The notes beneath the pieces were generated by a model, which was given only the letters and a program-made list of their open reading frames with translations, did not search any database and had not been told where the DNA came from. A stretch of 64,000 nt of DNA from Escherichia phage V18: the sequence record NC_041937.1; one strand, given 5' to 3'. Shown piece by piece: positions 1-9,494 of the stretch. A program made the position numbers and the translations under genes. Each line of letters opens with the position of its first letter. The first letter of the stretch is position 1.

Positions 1-71
1 TTCCTGCACGGCGGTCGCGTGCTTCTTTACGAGTTTTGAAGTGTTCGTAGATGAAAATCATAACTGTCTCC

Positions 72-1007
72 TTATTTGGTGTTATTCTTTGTATCAATCA
101 GCTCACGGTATTCAATCATAGCAGGGGTGTCCCAATATTTCAAGCCTACATGCTTCAAAAGTGGATATTTCTTTTCCAATCTTGCAATATAGGCCTTCCC
201 GCATTTGACTCGGTTGGCGATTAAGATTTTGGCACGATGATTTAGCTCACTATGCTTCCACGCGGTGTTACCTTCCCACTTGTGGAAATGTGGCCGATAA
301 TTTCCAAAATCTTGCATGGGGATAATTTTCCCCAATTGTCTATACAGGCTGTCATATGAAGTTTCATTTGCTGCGCGAGTCAGTAAGAATTTCCAAGCAT
401 CCTCTTTCAACAAATGTTCCACACTCTTCTCTGTAACATACTGGCAATCAGGATCAGTCCAAAGCAGACGAGATTCTGATACCAGGTACAGATCTTCCCC
501 TTCAGGAATCTGAAGTGCCGCACGCACACGGTCATAATTTTGCTGGTAGATGTTACTCAGCTGTCCCAGCCAACAACTTCCACGTTGGATATCTCCCTCA
601 TAAGGAATGCAGTGCTTAATCTTCTTGAACTCTGCCTTAGTAATACGCTCACGACGGAAGTAACCATCCTTCTCAAGTTTTTTAACCCAATAGCCTGGCT
701 CATAATGAGTTTTTGTTTCACCTTTCTTCGCAGGTCGGCGAGGTAGCTCTGATAACAATTTGACCGTATCTGCAAAGAACGGATGGTGTGCCGCCTCTTT
801 AAACTCTTTCACCAGATCCGTGTTCCGGCAATAGAAAACGTTGCGTCCGGTGATCTCGCTTAAGTAGTTACACTTATTTCGGTTATATTTGCCGTCTCCG
901 TCGTTAAATACTAAATAGACTCCCCGTAAGAATTCTACCTTTCCGTAACAAGCGTAACCTATGCGGCCTTTATTTAAGCCGCCAGCGAAGATCTCACAGT
1001 CCCCCAA
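72..1007 (-). CDS. hypothetical protein; N-terminal acidic FNDGDG motif that may be Toprim-like; lies 5 nt downstream of the GHKL ATPase ORF in a different frame
   Basis: 311-aa ORF from track; motif MGDCEIFAGG...VFNDGDG loosely resembles Toprim E/DxDxG signatures; no HMM run. Confidence 0.45.
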   Translation of the reverse strand: MGDCEIFAGGLNKGRIGYACYGKVEFLRGVYLVFNDGDGKYNRNKCNYLSEITGRNVFYCRNTDLVKEFKEAAHHPFFADTVKLLSELPRRPAKKGETKTHYEPGYWVKKLEKDGYFRRERITKAEFKKIKHCIPYEGDIQRGSCWLGQLSNIYQQNYDRVRAALQIPEGEDLYLVSESRLLWTDPDCQYVTEKSVEHLLKEDAWKFLLTRAANETSYDSLYRQLGKIIPMQDFGNYRPHFHKWEGNTAWKHSELNHRAKILIANRVKCGKAYIARLEKKYPLLKHVGLKYWDTPAMIEYRELIDTKNNTK

Positions 1008-1012
1008 ATTTC

Positions 1013-2053
1013 CTAGACCTGTCTCTTCCCATCGTTCCCAATAAAATTCTTACCGAAGATGTGCCCGAACACTCCACTGTTCTTCATCATCTCGCGTGCT
1101 TCTGAGGATGTTTTTGCTGTTTCCAATTCCGCAACAACTTCTGCCCCACGAAGACGGATACCCTCTTTGACAAAAGCCTCCAGACGCTCTTGGAATCCAC
1201 CATCGTCGTGACCCTCTATGGTCCATTCGCGCCCAGGGTTAATATTGCAATCCCCGATAGGGATCTCTACACAGATTGCAGGGTAGTCTGTCAATGTTTC
1301 CAGAAACTTAGAGCGGTAAGGTTGGTGTCCCATCACCACACGGCTCTCATCAGAGCTGGTATAACCTTTCAGGATGGTCATTTTCCAACCATCTTTCTCG
1401 TAGTGATACTGCGCCTCAACCTTGTCACCTTCCAGCATCTTACTGGTCATAGGGTCGGTAACAGTAAACGGAAACTTTGCATAGCGTAGGCACGATGCAA
1501 TAGCAGTGCGATATTTCAGAACATGCTCTTTCTTAACATGGAACTGAACTTTTACCCCATTGTGCTCTTCAGTCTTCCGCTCGCGGATCTTGGTAACGTT
1601 TGGGATACCCTGATCCAAGAACAATAGATATGTGCTTTCAACACCATTGTGCACACTGATCACATCGAAAGTGTCCACCATGCTGAACGGAGCCTTTGAA
1701 CCAACACCTTTATTGCCAACCAGGGCGTTGCTGTTGCGTTTGGTTGACTCCCCGAGGTTCATGAAAGTGTTGCGGACCATCTCTTCTGACATGCCCAATC
1801 CAACGTCCTGCACAAAGAAGTACGGTTCAAGATCTGTAGGAGAGTGAATGATGATCGGCACATCACCCCGTCCAGACTCAACATGGGAGTCCACAGCATT
1901 AAAGATTGGTTCACGGCAGCTTGCCAGCACCTTATCTTCGTAAATCCCTTTAATGATTAGCCCAAAAGTCTCTTTGTTCAGAGAAATTGAGCCCCTGGTG
2001 ACCTCCATATTCCCGGTTAGTACCGCTTTAGTTTCATTACTGTTTACGATCAT
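1013..2053 (-). CDS. GHKL-superfamily ATPase (Bergerat-fold ATP-binding domain, GyrB/MutL/Hsp90-like)
   Basis: 346-aa ORF; N-box-like EPIFNAVDS, G1 box VQDVGLGMS, G2 box GNKGVGSKAPF in the expected order. Confidence 0.6.
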   Translation of the reverse strand: MIVNSNETKAVLTGNMEVTRGSISLNKETFGLIIKGIYEDKVLASCREPIFNAVDSHVESGRGDVPIIIHSPTDLEPYFFVQDVGLGMSEEMVRNTFMNLGESTKRNSNALVGNKGVGSKAPFSMVDTFDVISVHNGVESTYLLFLDQGIPNVTKIRERKTEEHNGVKVQFHVKKEHVLKYRTAIASCLRYAKFPFTVTDPMTSKMLEGDKVEAQYHYEKDGWKMTILKGYTSSDESRVVMGHQPYRSKFLETLTDYPAICVEIPIGDCNINPGREWTIEGHDDGGFQERLEAFVKEGIRLRGAEVVAELETAKTSSEAREMMKNSGVFGHIFGKNFIGNDGKRQV

Positions 2054-2550
2054 TTATTGCGCTCCTTGTAGTAGATATGGCTCCCGAATTGAGCTGTCCT
2101 CTGCATCTTTTTTGCCCATTTCGGTCGTACTTTGGTTGTATGGTAGTGTGTTGCTCCACCTGTTATATCCATAGCCATGTATGCAACATGGTTGTTATTA
2201 TAGACCTTTAGAAGCATCTTTGCAAGACTTTTAGCGTGATCCCATGAATCTTTTTCTGTCACCTTAAAAGTTTTGCTGTGGTTTGTCCACGAAAACTGGT
2301 TAGGTTGGTAGACAATCTTTCTTATAGTGTCTGGGTATTTGGGGTGAGATTTCCTGTTTAATGTGGCAAACCCAGATGCCAGCATACCCATCGTGCCATC
2401 CCCTCTGGCCTCCCTGTAGATATTGCATGCCAGAATGTTTTCCTTAGTATCCGATGGCTTGCAAGTATGATATACTTTTTGTTTTGGTGCTGCAACAACA
2501 GGCAGCGATAAAAATGCGCTCAAAATAATAGCAAAGATCTTAATTTTCAC
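2050..2550 (-). CDS. secreted cell-wall hydrolase, SleB/Hydrolase_2-like (candidate endolysin)
   Basis: 166-aa ORF; N-terminal signal-peptide-like MKIKIFAIILSAFLSLPVVAAP; motifs NIYREARGDG and YQPNQFSW typical of SleB-type hydrolases. Confidence 0.55.
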   Translation of the reverse strand: MKIKIFAIILSAFLSLPVVAAPKQKVYHTCKPSDTKENILACNIYREARGDGTMGMLASGFATLNRKSHPKYPDTIRKIVYQPNQFSWTNHSKTFKVTEKDSWDHAKSLAKMLLKVYNNNHVAYMAMDITGGATHYHTTKVRPKWAKKMQRTAQFGSHIYYKERNK

Positions 2551-2560
2551 AATAACTCCA

Positions 2561-2587
2561 AATAGAAAATCCCCGCCGAAGCGGGGG
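2561..2587 (-). terminator. rho-independent terminator (hairpin CCCCGCCGAAGCGGGGG then U-run on minus strand)
   Basis: GC-rich hairpin preceded on plus strand by an A-run, directly downstream of minus-strand gene 2599..2979. Confidence 0.5.
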
Positions 2588-2598
2588 TGTCTTAGAAA

Positions 2599-2979
2599 TT
2601 AATCGTAGTGTGCCAAAATCTCTCCATCGTTGCAAGTTCCCTCTACAAAGTTATGAAGATTCATGCACTCATCTTGATAGAAGAATTTACCGCTTTTCAG
2701 CCGTAGGCCAAACAACTCCGCATCTCCACGATGGCAAGCCTCTACAAGTTCATAGATTTCATACGGCAACTCTCCGTCGTCATGGAAGAACCCAGCCTTA
2801 TCGTTGACATAGATGAAGAAATAATCACTGCTGTCGCAAGCGTCTAATATTTCAAACCAGATTTCATCTACATCTTTTTCTCGGATATCGATCACGCAAG
2901 TGGAGCTGCATTCGTACTCCTTCTCTGGCTCCTCGGTCAATACCACCCGGTAGTTTCCCCGCTTACCTACTTTAGCCAT
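2599..2979 (-). CDS. hypothetical acidic protein
   Basis: 126-aa ORF with plausible RBS spacing and terminator downstream. Confidence 0.4.
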   Translation of the reverse strand: MAKVGKRGNYRVVLTEEPEKEYECSSTCVIDIREKDVDEIWFEILDACDSSDYFFIYVNDKAGFFHDDGELPYEIYELVEACHRGDAELFGLRLKSGKFFYQDECMNLHNFVEGTCNDGEILAHYD

Positions 2980-2988
2980 ACAACCCCC

Positions 2989-4173
2989 TTAAGCTTTAGC
3001 TAAAATGGCGCTAAACTCTTCACCAAACTCTTTTACAATCTTCATCAGGTTTGGGTACGCTTTGATCAGTTGAGCAACGATCTTGTCACGCCCTTTACCG
3101 ATAAGCAAGGCATTTCCTAAGGCATTAGGTTTCATCATCGCCATAAAGACTGAGAATACAAAATCTCGGTTCTCGTCCTTGAAATTTTCCCAAAGGAAAT
3201 CGAGGAAGTTTGCCACACAGCTAACAAGATCTTCGTCAGAGATACTTGCATTTTCCATCATATTGCGAATAGCGATACACCCTTCAGATCCAAGAATCCA
3301 CAAAATGTCTGGCTGCTTAGGACCTACGTATTCTTTGCAACCCCCTGCCATAATCCGACCGATTTCCGGTAAGTTGCGTTTCTTGGTGTGGTAGGTCCAG
3401 ATCTCTACCGCTGCAGTGTGACCAATAGCCCCTTGCAGAAGAACACGGGCCATAGCGTCAGAAATAATACCGCTGTCAAAATCGTGCAAGATGTCAGATG
3501 CAGCAACCCAAGATCGCGGTGTGGCAAAAGATGGACAATTAATCTCAGCCATAGCCTCATAATTATCGATAGCTGATGGAACTCTTTTCAGATACCCAAT
3601 TACAGAGGAGTGCACCCCATTAAGGAATGCGTAGTCCTCAATAAACACCTCTGCATTGCTTGTAACTTCTACAATGATAAAGCGGTTAGCCAGAGGAGCT
3701 TCGAGCGCCGAGAGAACCGCACCATCTGTAGAACGGTTACCCGCAGCCACAAAAACAGAGCCTTTAGGGAATGCATAGGTGCCGCACTTGTGGTCGAGCA
3801 TAATCTGCATTGCAACCTTTTGCAGATAGTTATCTGCATGAGTAAGCTCATCCAGAAAGATAATCCCGCTCCAGTCCGGATCTGCAGGCCAAAATTCTGG
3901 AATTGCAAACACTGTACGTGTAGTTCCATCCGCTTCTACAGGGATAGGTAGCCCAGATAAGTCGGCAGGATCTTTATCCGACAGTCGCACGTCAACCAGG
4001 TTGTCATCTCGCTCACCGAACATATTATCGGCGATCTGCTTCATTACCTGGCTCTTCCCCACACCCATTGGTCCTAAAATCAGGACAGATCGGTTATGAC
4101 GCTGGGCAAACTGAATGATAGCTGGCAACTCACGGACAGTGATTTGACCACTTTCAAATACGTTTCTTGACAT
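2989..4173 (-). CDS. MoxR-like AAA+ ATPase (CobS/AAA_5-like)
   Basis: 394-aa ORF; Walker A LILGPMGVGKSQ, Walker B IIFLDELTHA, overall MoxR-like layout. Confidence 0.7.
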   Translation of the reverse strand: MSRNVFESGQITVRELPAIIQFAQRHNRSVLILGPMGVGKSQVMKQIADNMFGERDDNLVDVRLSDKDPADLSGLPIPVEADGTTRTVFAIPEFWPADPDWSGIIFLDELTHADNYLQKVAMQIMLDHKCGTYAFPKGSVFVAAGNRSTDGAVLSALEAPLANRFIIVEVTSNAEVFIEDYAFLNGVHSSVIGYLKRVPSAIDNYEAMAEINCPSFATPRSWVAASDILHDFDSGIISDAMARVLLQGAIGHTAAVEIWTYHTKKRNLPEIGRIMAGGCKEYVGPKQPDILWILGSEGCIAIRNMMENASISDEDLVSCVANFLDFLWENFKDENRDFVFSVFMAMMKPNALGNALLIGKGRDKIVAQLIKAYPNLMKIVKEFGEEFSAILAKA

Positions 4174-4355
4174 TAGTAAAAGTCCTCTACTTGTGTGTAA
4201 GTGTTTTCAAAGTTTTCCAAAACAGATGTCACATCGGATCTGTCAATATCGTACACAACTTCCCAGTTGTATGCAACCCTTTCTGCTGTCGCCTCTTCAG
4301 GACTTAGCCGCCTGCTGGGATGAAAGAATGCAATATCTGTGGGTAACTTTGTCAA
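4173..4355 (-). CDS. small hypothetical protein
   Basis: 60-aa ORF, start overlaps stop of upstream gene; codon usage similar to neighbours. Confidence 0.3.
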   Translation of the reverse strand: MTKLPTDIAFFHPSRRLSPEEATAERVAYNWEVVYDIDRSDVTSVLENFENTYTQVEDFY

Positions 4356-4440
4356 AATTTAACTCTTTTTCTGCACAAAGTTCGTGTTTCTGGTATAACA
4401 TGTTTATTACTCTTCTAAGCGGCATCCCTGCCCCCACCTG

Positions 4441-4821
4441 CTAGAATGCAGTTCGAATCCAGATAAGGTTCTTATCTGCCCAATCATAGAGGCAAGTCAT
4501 TGCGCTATTGAATTGCTCACACGGAGGATAATCTTCTTCCATCTGGCGCATAGCAGAGCCTTGCGGGTAAATATCCCGTGCTGCAAGCCACGCATCGTAG
4601 TCATCCACGGTATCGAAGTAGTATACAACATCCTCCAACTCAGGATCGAACTTTGAATTATCAGGATCCAGTTGTTCAGGGAACTTGGAGCGTAACTTGC
4701 CAGCCACAATGCTTGCCAACTCGCTAACATGCTTATTGTCCCACTCTACTAGTTTCCCGTCTTCAGCGATGCGTCCTAACCACTGATCATGAAGGTCAAC
4801 TGTTGTCTTCCACCGGGCCAT
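4441..4821 (-). CDS. hypothetical protein
   Basis: 126-aa ORF in co-directional gene string. Confidence 0.45.
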   Translation of the reverse strand: MARWKTTVDLHDQWLGRIAEDGKLVEWDNKHVSELASIVAGKLRSKFPEQLDPDNSKFDPELEDVVYYFDTVDDYDAWLAARDIYPQGSAMRQMEEDYPPCEQFNSAMTCLYDWADKNLIWIRTAF

Positions 4822-4823
4822 TA

Positions 4824-5081
4824 TCAGTCCACCTCTTCTTCTCGTTGCAGTTCAAGATACCCGTAGGTCTGGATATCTTCAAGGGTGTGGAAATCCCCAT
4901 CTGCCGCTAAGGCACGAACAACTTGGCACAAAACTTTATGAGGAACTTCATCCAGACCCAGATTCAGTGCAGGGAACACCTTATCTAAGTCAACAAAATA
5001 AACGAACTGTAGCTCACCAGCTTCAAAAGGTGTATCTTCAATAAACATCTTCTCGGCATTAGTCAAGATCTGCACTTTCAT
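4824..5081 (-). CDS. hypothetical protein
   Basis: 85-aa ORF tightly packed with neighbours. Confidence 0.4.
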   Translation of the reverse strand: MKVQILTNAEKMFIEDTPFEAGELQFVYFVDLDKVFPALNLGLDEVPHKVLCQVVRALAADGDFHTLEDIQTYGYLELQREEEVD

Positions 5082-5458
5082 TATTCTGCCTCCTCTTCTT
5101 TTTCTTCGGCGTTAGTTTCAGTGCTACCCCACTCTGGAGTTTCCACCTCGATAGTAAACTCACGCACTACACGGTAATTGCCCATGAGGCGCTCCACTTC
5201 GTCAAGGTTTATGGAGAGGCCATTGGCAACCAGGTCTGCAGCACCCTCTTCTACCAGGTAGTCCAGATTGGCTTCCAAAGCTTCAGGCTCAAACCCTGTC
5301 AATGCAATCAGATAACCTTTCCCTTCATCAGGGAGGACAATACAGCCCAACTGATTTTCTTTAAAAAGGCAGTGACCATCATTATTGATTGGGTGTTCAT
5401 TGCAGTAAATAGCTGCACGATAAGTAACTTTAGACATCGGTAAGGCCTCCTTAGGCAA
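5081..5458 (-). CDS. hypothetical acidic protein
   Basis: 125-aa ORF; ATGA-type overlap with next gene. Confidence 0.45.
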   Translation of the reverse strand: MPKEALPMSKVTYRAAIYCNEHPINNDGHCLFKENQLGCIVLPDEGKGYLIALTGFEPEALEANLDYLVEEGAADLVANGLSINLDEVERLMGNYRVVREFTIEVETPEWGSTETNAEEKEEEAE

Positions 5459-5729
5459 TTGTCATTTTACACTCTTGAAATTTTAACACAAGACGGTGAT
5501 TGTGTCTAGTGTCTAAAAAGATTTTTTCAACCATCAGGCACACGGTATAACCGTCCATCTTGTTAACAACAAAATCTCCAGGGTGAGGGAGGATGTCTCC
5601 CGGGTTGGGGAAACATAGTCCGCTCAAGAAGGCATCGTCGGTGGTAGACTTAATGGATTTCCACACGCTATCTGCCTGAACATTCTCACCCACATAGTAT
5701 ACGCTACCACATGTCTTCATCATAGTCAA
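5451..5729 (-). CDS. hypothetical protein
   Basis: 92-aa ORF (track start is TTG; an ATG two codons in is an alternative start). Confidence 0.4.
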   Translation of the reverse strand: MTMMKTCGSVYYVGENVQADSVWKSIKSTTDDAFLSGLCFPNPGDILPHPGDFVVNKMDGYTVCLMVEKIFLDTRHNHRLVLKFQECKMTIA

Positions 5730-5922
5730 ATCTCCGCGTAAATTAAACTGGAATCAGTATACTTCTTTAATGGGTAAATATCCTGTCCATAGATGCAGTC
5801 ATTAAACACCTCATCTACCCAAAGGCTACACTTATATCCCATCATTTCTAAAACACCCATCTCTTCTTCGGTAAACTTATCACCGCTCTTGCAAGATGTC
5901 AATACCTCATTCTGTACTCTTG

Positions 5923-6609
5923 CTACCTCGAAGCGGTATTGGCGATCAAATACTCCCCTAAAGGGTGTGCGGCATTAAAGATGCACAGTGGGCGGTTGAC
6001 GTAATAGTCTCCAGGTGTATAAAAATTATTGAGGTCTTTCACTAGAACATTCTTATCAGTCACTTCATTTATAACATCATGCATATCGCACATCTTTATA
6101 TGTTTGAGGATTCCATCCCCCATCACAAAATAAAAACTTGCTGAGGCACTTTCGGCATAGATCTTACTAGATCCGTTGTAGTTGTATTTTACTCGGATGC
6201 TAACGGGGGTTTTTCCTGTCGCGTTAGCCATCATCCAAAGAAATGGCAGCTCATACTTCTCCTCTGAGGAAACAAAAGGTGAAGTAGCCAGAGATCGAAA
6301 ACCTCCAGAGAAGTTGAAAGTTACAGAACCGCTCCGGCGGTATGATACCGCGTATTCTACTTTTATATCGACATACCCGTTGGAATAGGTGTGTCCTTCA
6401 TTATCTAAATATGTCCACTTATCAGACCCAGATACCAATCTACGTTCAATCACCTTCATCACTATAGGAATTAGTGGGTTGGTACAAACCGCTTTTGAAG
6501 TAGCTTTAGCATCTAGAGCCTCGTAAATTGCAGAAAGGATATCTCCAGCTGAGAGATTGGTTGTTATATCATGTTGCCACCTGGTGCTAAAACTGTTAAG
6601 ATTTGCCAT
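5923..6609 (-). CDS. hypothetical protein
   Basis: 228-aa ORF, first gene leftward of the divergent promoter region. Confidence 0.5.
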   Translation of the reverse strand: MANLNSFSTRWQHDITTNLSAGDILSAIYEALDAKATSKAVCTNPLIPIVMKVIERRLVSGSDKWTYLDNEGHTYSNGYVDIKVEYAVSYRRSGSVTFNFSGGFRSLATSPFVSSEEKYELPFLWMMANATGKTPVSIRVKYNYNGSSKIYAESASASFYFVMGDGILKHIKMCDMHDVINEVTDKNVLVKDLNNFYTPGDYYVNRPLCIFNAAHPLGEYLIANTASR

Positions 6610-6649
6610 GAGTAAGTGCTCCTATGTTAGTTTTCTTTCGAATGGGTGC

Positions 6650-6720
6650 ACTATATCTGGAATTTAGAGTAAAGTCAACACGTTTTTGATGTTGACATCT
6701 GTTGAGACAATTGATAAGAT
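6650..6720. promoter_or_regulatory. divergent back-to-back sigma70-like promoters sharing a palindromic -35 core
   Basis: Palindrome GTCAACA-n9-TGTTGAC (6674..6696). Plus strand: TTGACA 6692..6697, 17-bp spacer, TAAGAT 6715..6720. Minus strand: TTGACT (rc of 6674..6679), 17-bp spacer, TATAGT (rc of 6650..6655). Confidence 0.4.
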
Positions 6721-6751
6721 TTCTTCACTTACAGAGCACGAGAGACAACTC

Positions 6752-6844
6752 ATGAATCTTGAAAAATATTATACACCAGAAGAGTTAGAGCGCCTGCTCA
6801 AAAATATAGACGCAAACAGAATAATGCACGGAAACGAGATATAG
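6752..6844 (+). CDS. small ORF (30 aa) in leader of plus-strand block
   Basis: ATG..TAG ORF MNLEKYYTPEELERLLKNIDANRIMHGNEI downstream of predicted promoter; weak RBS; below ORF-track size cut-off. Confidence 0.25.
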   Translation: MNLEKYYTPEELERLLKNIDANRIMHGNEI

Positions 6845-6905
6845 AGTTCGACCTGTCGTGGGAAGAATACCTCCTATTTGGTAAAAAACTTTTAGGAGAA
6901 GGGGT

Positions 6906-7727
6906 ATGCGACTATACCTTATACCTTTCGACATGCACACAGATGAAAACGGGCTGGGAAATCCTTTCTACCCATCTCTGGAGCGGATAGATGATGAAGG
7001 TCCTTACGCAATTGATAATTGTTGTGTGGTAGGGTTGAGGTGCAACGCTCTGAAGGACTGTCTGGTAGATAAAAAGACCGCAATCCTGATTAAAGACAAA
7101 ACTGATCGAAAAATTGTCCAGCAGATGATGCTACATCTGAGCGAAGAGCGTATGGAGAAGTTGAAAGGTGATTATACTTTTGAAGATTTCATCTTGCAAT
7201 ACGGGACAGAAGAAGATAAACTAGCACTTTTTGACGAAGAGGAAGAAGATATGTCACCAATGCAGGACTTTAAAAATTTCATGGCTGATCGTGCAGCCAA
7301 CAAACACATTTCAGACATCGTAAACGAAACTGTGACAGAAGAAATTGAAGAACAGAACTCTGAAGAGGAAAAAGAGCCTCAGAAGGTCGAAGAGGAGATT
7401 GCAGAAGAGGTTCCTGCACTGCCTGATGATGTTGAGGTTGCTAAGGCTTACACTTTCTATTGTCAAACGTTCTACGATGCAGGTATGAAAGTTGATCTGT
7501 CGTTCAGCCAATTTAAGAGTACGTATATTCGCAAATGCTGTGCTTTAACTGGTGAACGTCTAGGAGCGGGACTTAAACCCCTGTTGGTGACCGACTGGAA
7601 TAAAGGTTTCACTAAAGGAAACTTTATGGTAGTATCTCCAATTATGGAGAAAGCTATGACAGATCTTATGAAAACCACCCGCATGACAATGACCGAGTTG
7701 GCAGGTATTTTCAAACACGTTAAATAA
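6906..7727 (+). CDS. hypothetical protein with central poly-acidic tract
   Basis: 273-aa ORF; strong RBS AGGAGAAGGGG upstream of ATG. Confidence 0.45.
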   Translation: MRLYLIPFDMHTDENGLGNPFYPSLERIDDEGPYAIDNCCVVGLRCNALKDCLVDKKTAILIKDKTDRKIVQQMMLHLSEERMEKLKGDYTFEDFILQYGTEEDKLALFDEEEEDMSPMQDFKNFMADRAANKHISDIVNETVTEEIEEQNSEEEKEPQKVEEEIAEEVPALPDDVEVAKAYTFYCQTFYDAGMKVDLSFSQFKSTYIRKCCALTGERLGAGLKPLLVTDWNKGFTKGNFMVVSPIMEKAMTDLMKTTRMTMTELAGIFKHVK

Positions 7728-7760
7728 TGACAGGGGCCATTGGCCCCTTCTGGAGTTTTA

Positions 7761-9221
7761 ATGGATAGCAGAAGTTCAGAAATCATTGCCTCACAGAAAG
7801 ATGATGCCCTGAGAATGTTGCAGGCTGCACGTATGTATCTCCTTGAAAAGCTGCCGTTTTATGGCACGCTACTGTCAGGGTTGCAGTTCGTAGAAAACCA
7901 CACATGGTGCTCTACCATGGCAACCGACCATAAACGCATCTATTACAGTCCTGAGTTCATTATGGGGTTGGCTGATGAACGCAAGGCTATTCTTAAGACC
8001 TCTCTAACTGGCGAGCAGTTTGAAATGGCTGAAGTTTTCTATTCACCCAAATCTGTGAAAGAGGTGGCCTTCCTTCTGTCACATGAGGTGGGGCATATTA
8101 TCTGTGATCACCTGGTCCGTGGTAAAAGCTTTGAGCCGGAACTGTTCAATATTGCTTGTGATCACGTTATCAACACAGGTCTTGTGGTTGACTTTAGCAA
8201 GCCTCCTTGTGTTTTCTTCCCGAAGGGGAAAAGCACTACGTTTGTGAAAGGTAAGCCTTTTGGCTTCTTAGCCAGCTGCTACTGCGACATGAAGTTTCAT
8301 GGATGGATTGCTGAGAACGTCTATGCAGTTCTTGATAAGCAAAGAGATCAGAATAACGGTAAAAGTAAGAGCGGTAAAGGTGAGAACTCTCAAGAGGATA
8401 AGCGACAAACCGATGATCACATGAGTGGGAACGGTGGCACCAGTGATGATCTTGGAAAGGCTATGGGATATAATCAGCCACAACCTGTAATCAGCCAATC
8501 TGATAAAGATCAGGCCATGCAGGACTCTGGTGACATGCTGGAGGCAGCAATGCAAGCTTCCGGAGGTCGTTGCCCTGAGGCGGTGCGTGAGTTTGTCAAG
8601 AACAGAGGTAAGCCTGTAATCAACTATATAGACATCATTAAGCAACGCATGTTGTCTAAACGAAAGGCTGAACTGACCTACAGAAAACCTGGTCGCCGAT
8701 CTGGGTCTTTGACCAGCACAATGCGAAAAGTTGGGGCTATAAACAAGAACCAGCACGTTATTGTTCCCGGTCGTAATCCGGAAAACACTATAGATATTGT
8801 GGTGGCTTTAGACGTTTCTGGCTCGATCTCTCAAAGAACTTTAAAGAAAATGTTCAATGAAATCACCGGATTGTGCAATCTGTATAAAGAGTTTAAGGTT
8901 ACAATGTTCTGTTGGTCAACTGAGGTTGGAGAGGTTAAAGTATACACTCGCGGTAACATAGATGAGATGATCAACTATGAGGTCCACTCAACATGGGGCA
9001 CAACAGCTGCTTGCGTGTTCGAGTATCTGGATGCCAACATACCGAATGCAAAAGATGTCATCGTCCTGACCGACCTATACTTTGAGCATAACTTTGAACA
9101 AAAGGCTGTTGACAACAAGTGGAAAAAGTACGATACTTTATGGGTTCTCACCGAGGGGTATAATAAAAATTATATCCCGAGCTTTGGGAAAACTGTAGAA
9201 TTAATCGAGTACGCCAAGTAA
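7761..9221 (+). CDS. vWA-domain protein with N-terminal putative zinc-metallopeptidase domain (DUF2201-like)
   Basis: HEVGHIICDH (HExxH) and MIDAS-like VVALDVSGSIS; start moved to ATG 7761 with GGAG RBS (track start 7740 lies inside a hairpin). Confidence 0.65.
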   Translation: MDSRSSEIIASQKDDALRMLQAARMYLLEKLPFYGTLLSGLQFVENHTWCSTMATDHKRIYYSPEFIMGLADERKAILKTSLTGEQFEMAEVFYSPKSVKEVAFLLSHEVGHIICDHLVRGKSFEPELFNIACDHVINTGLVVDFSKPPCVFFPKGKSTTFVKGKPFGFLASCYCDMKFHGWIAENVYAVLDKQRDQNNGKSKSGKGENSQEDKRQTDDHMSGNGGTSDDLGKAMGYNQPQPVISQSDKDQAMQDSGDMLEAAMQASGGRCPEAVREFVKNRGKPVINYIDIIKQRMLSKRKAELTYRKPGRRSGSLTSTMRKVGAINKNQHVIVPGRNPENTIDIVVALDVSGSISQRTLKKMFNEITGLCNLYKEFKVTMFCWSTEVGEVKVYTRGNIDEMINYEVHSTWGTTAACVFEYLDANIPNAKDVIVLTDLYFEHNFEQKAVDNKWKKYDTLWVLTEGYNKNYIPSFGKTVELIEYAK

Positions 9222-9227
9222 GAGAGG

Positions 9228-9494
9228 ATGTTATTTATGGCAACAGAGGTAGTAATCAAAGCTGAACGCCCAGTTAAAAAAGCTATCAACACGTTCCCTG
9301 TGGGAACCATTGTGAGCATGATCACAGAGTCAGGCCGTGTATCTACGCTGCTGATTGTGAAATCTGCATGTTCTTCTTGTGTGTGGGCTTACGATCTGGA
9401 CGAGAAAGAACTAAAAGATTTTGTTGGGGAGCTGAAAGCAACCGAGCTCGATGCTCGTATCGAAGTATTTGGTGAAACTATGGAGGAAGAGTAA
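9228..9494 (+). CDS. small hypothetical protein (member of tandem trio)
   Basis: 88-aa ORF. Confidence 0.4.
   Translation: MLFMATEVVIKAERPVKKAINTFPVGTIVSMITESGRVSTLLIVKSACSSCVWAYDLDEKELKDFVGELKATELDARIEVFGETMEEE

Noticed and set aside
8268-8756. 162-aa minus-strand ORF inside the vWA gene, and similar antisense ORFs (16122..16613, 27760..28230, 33683..34000, 36227..36667, 50493..51095)
   Set aside because: Each lies wholly within a longer ORF on the opposite strand that has recognisable motifs or better context; they look like shadow frames.
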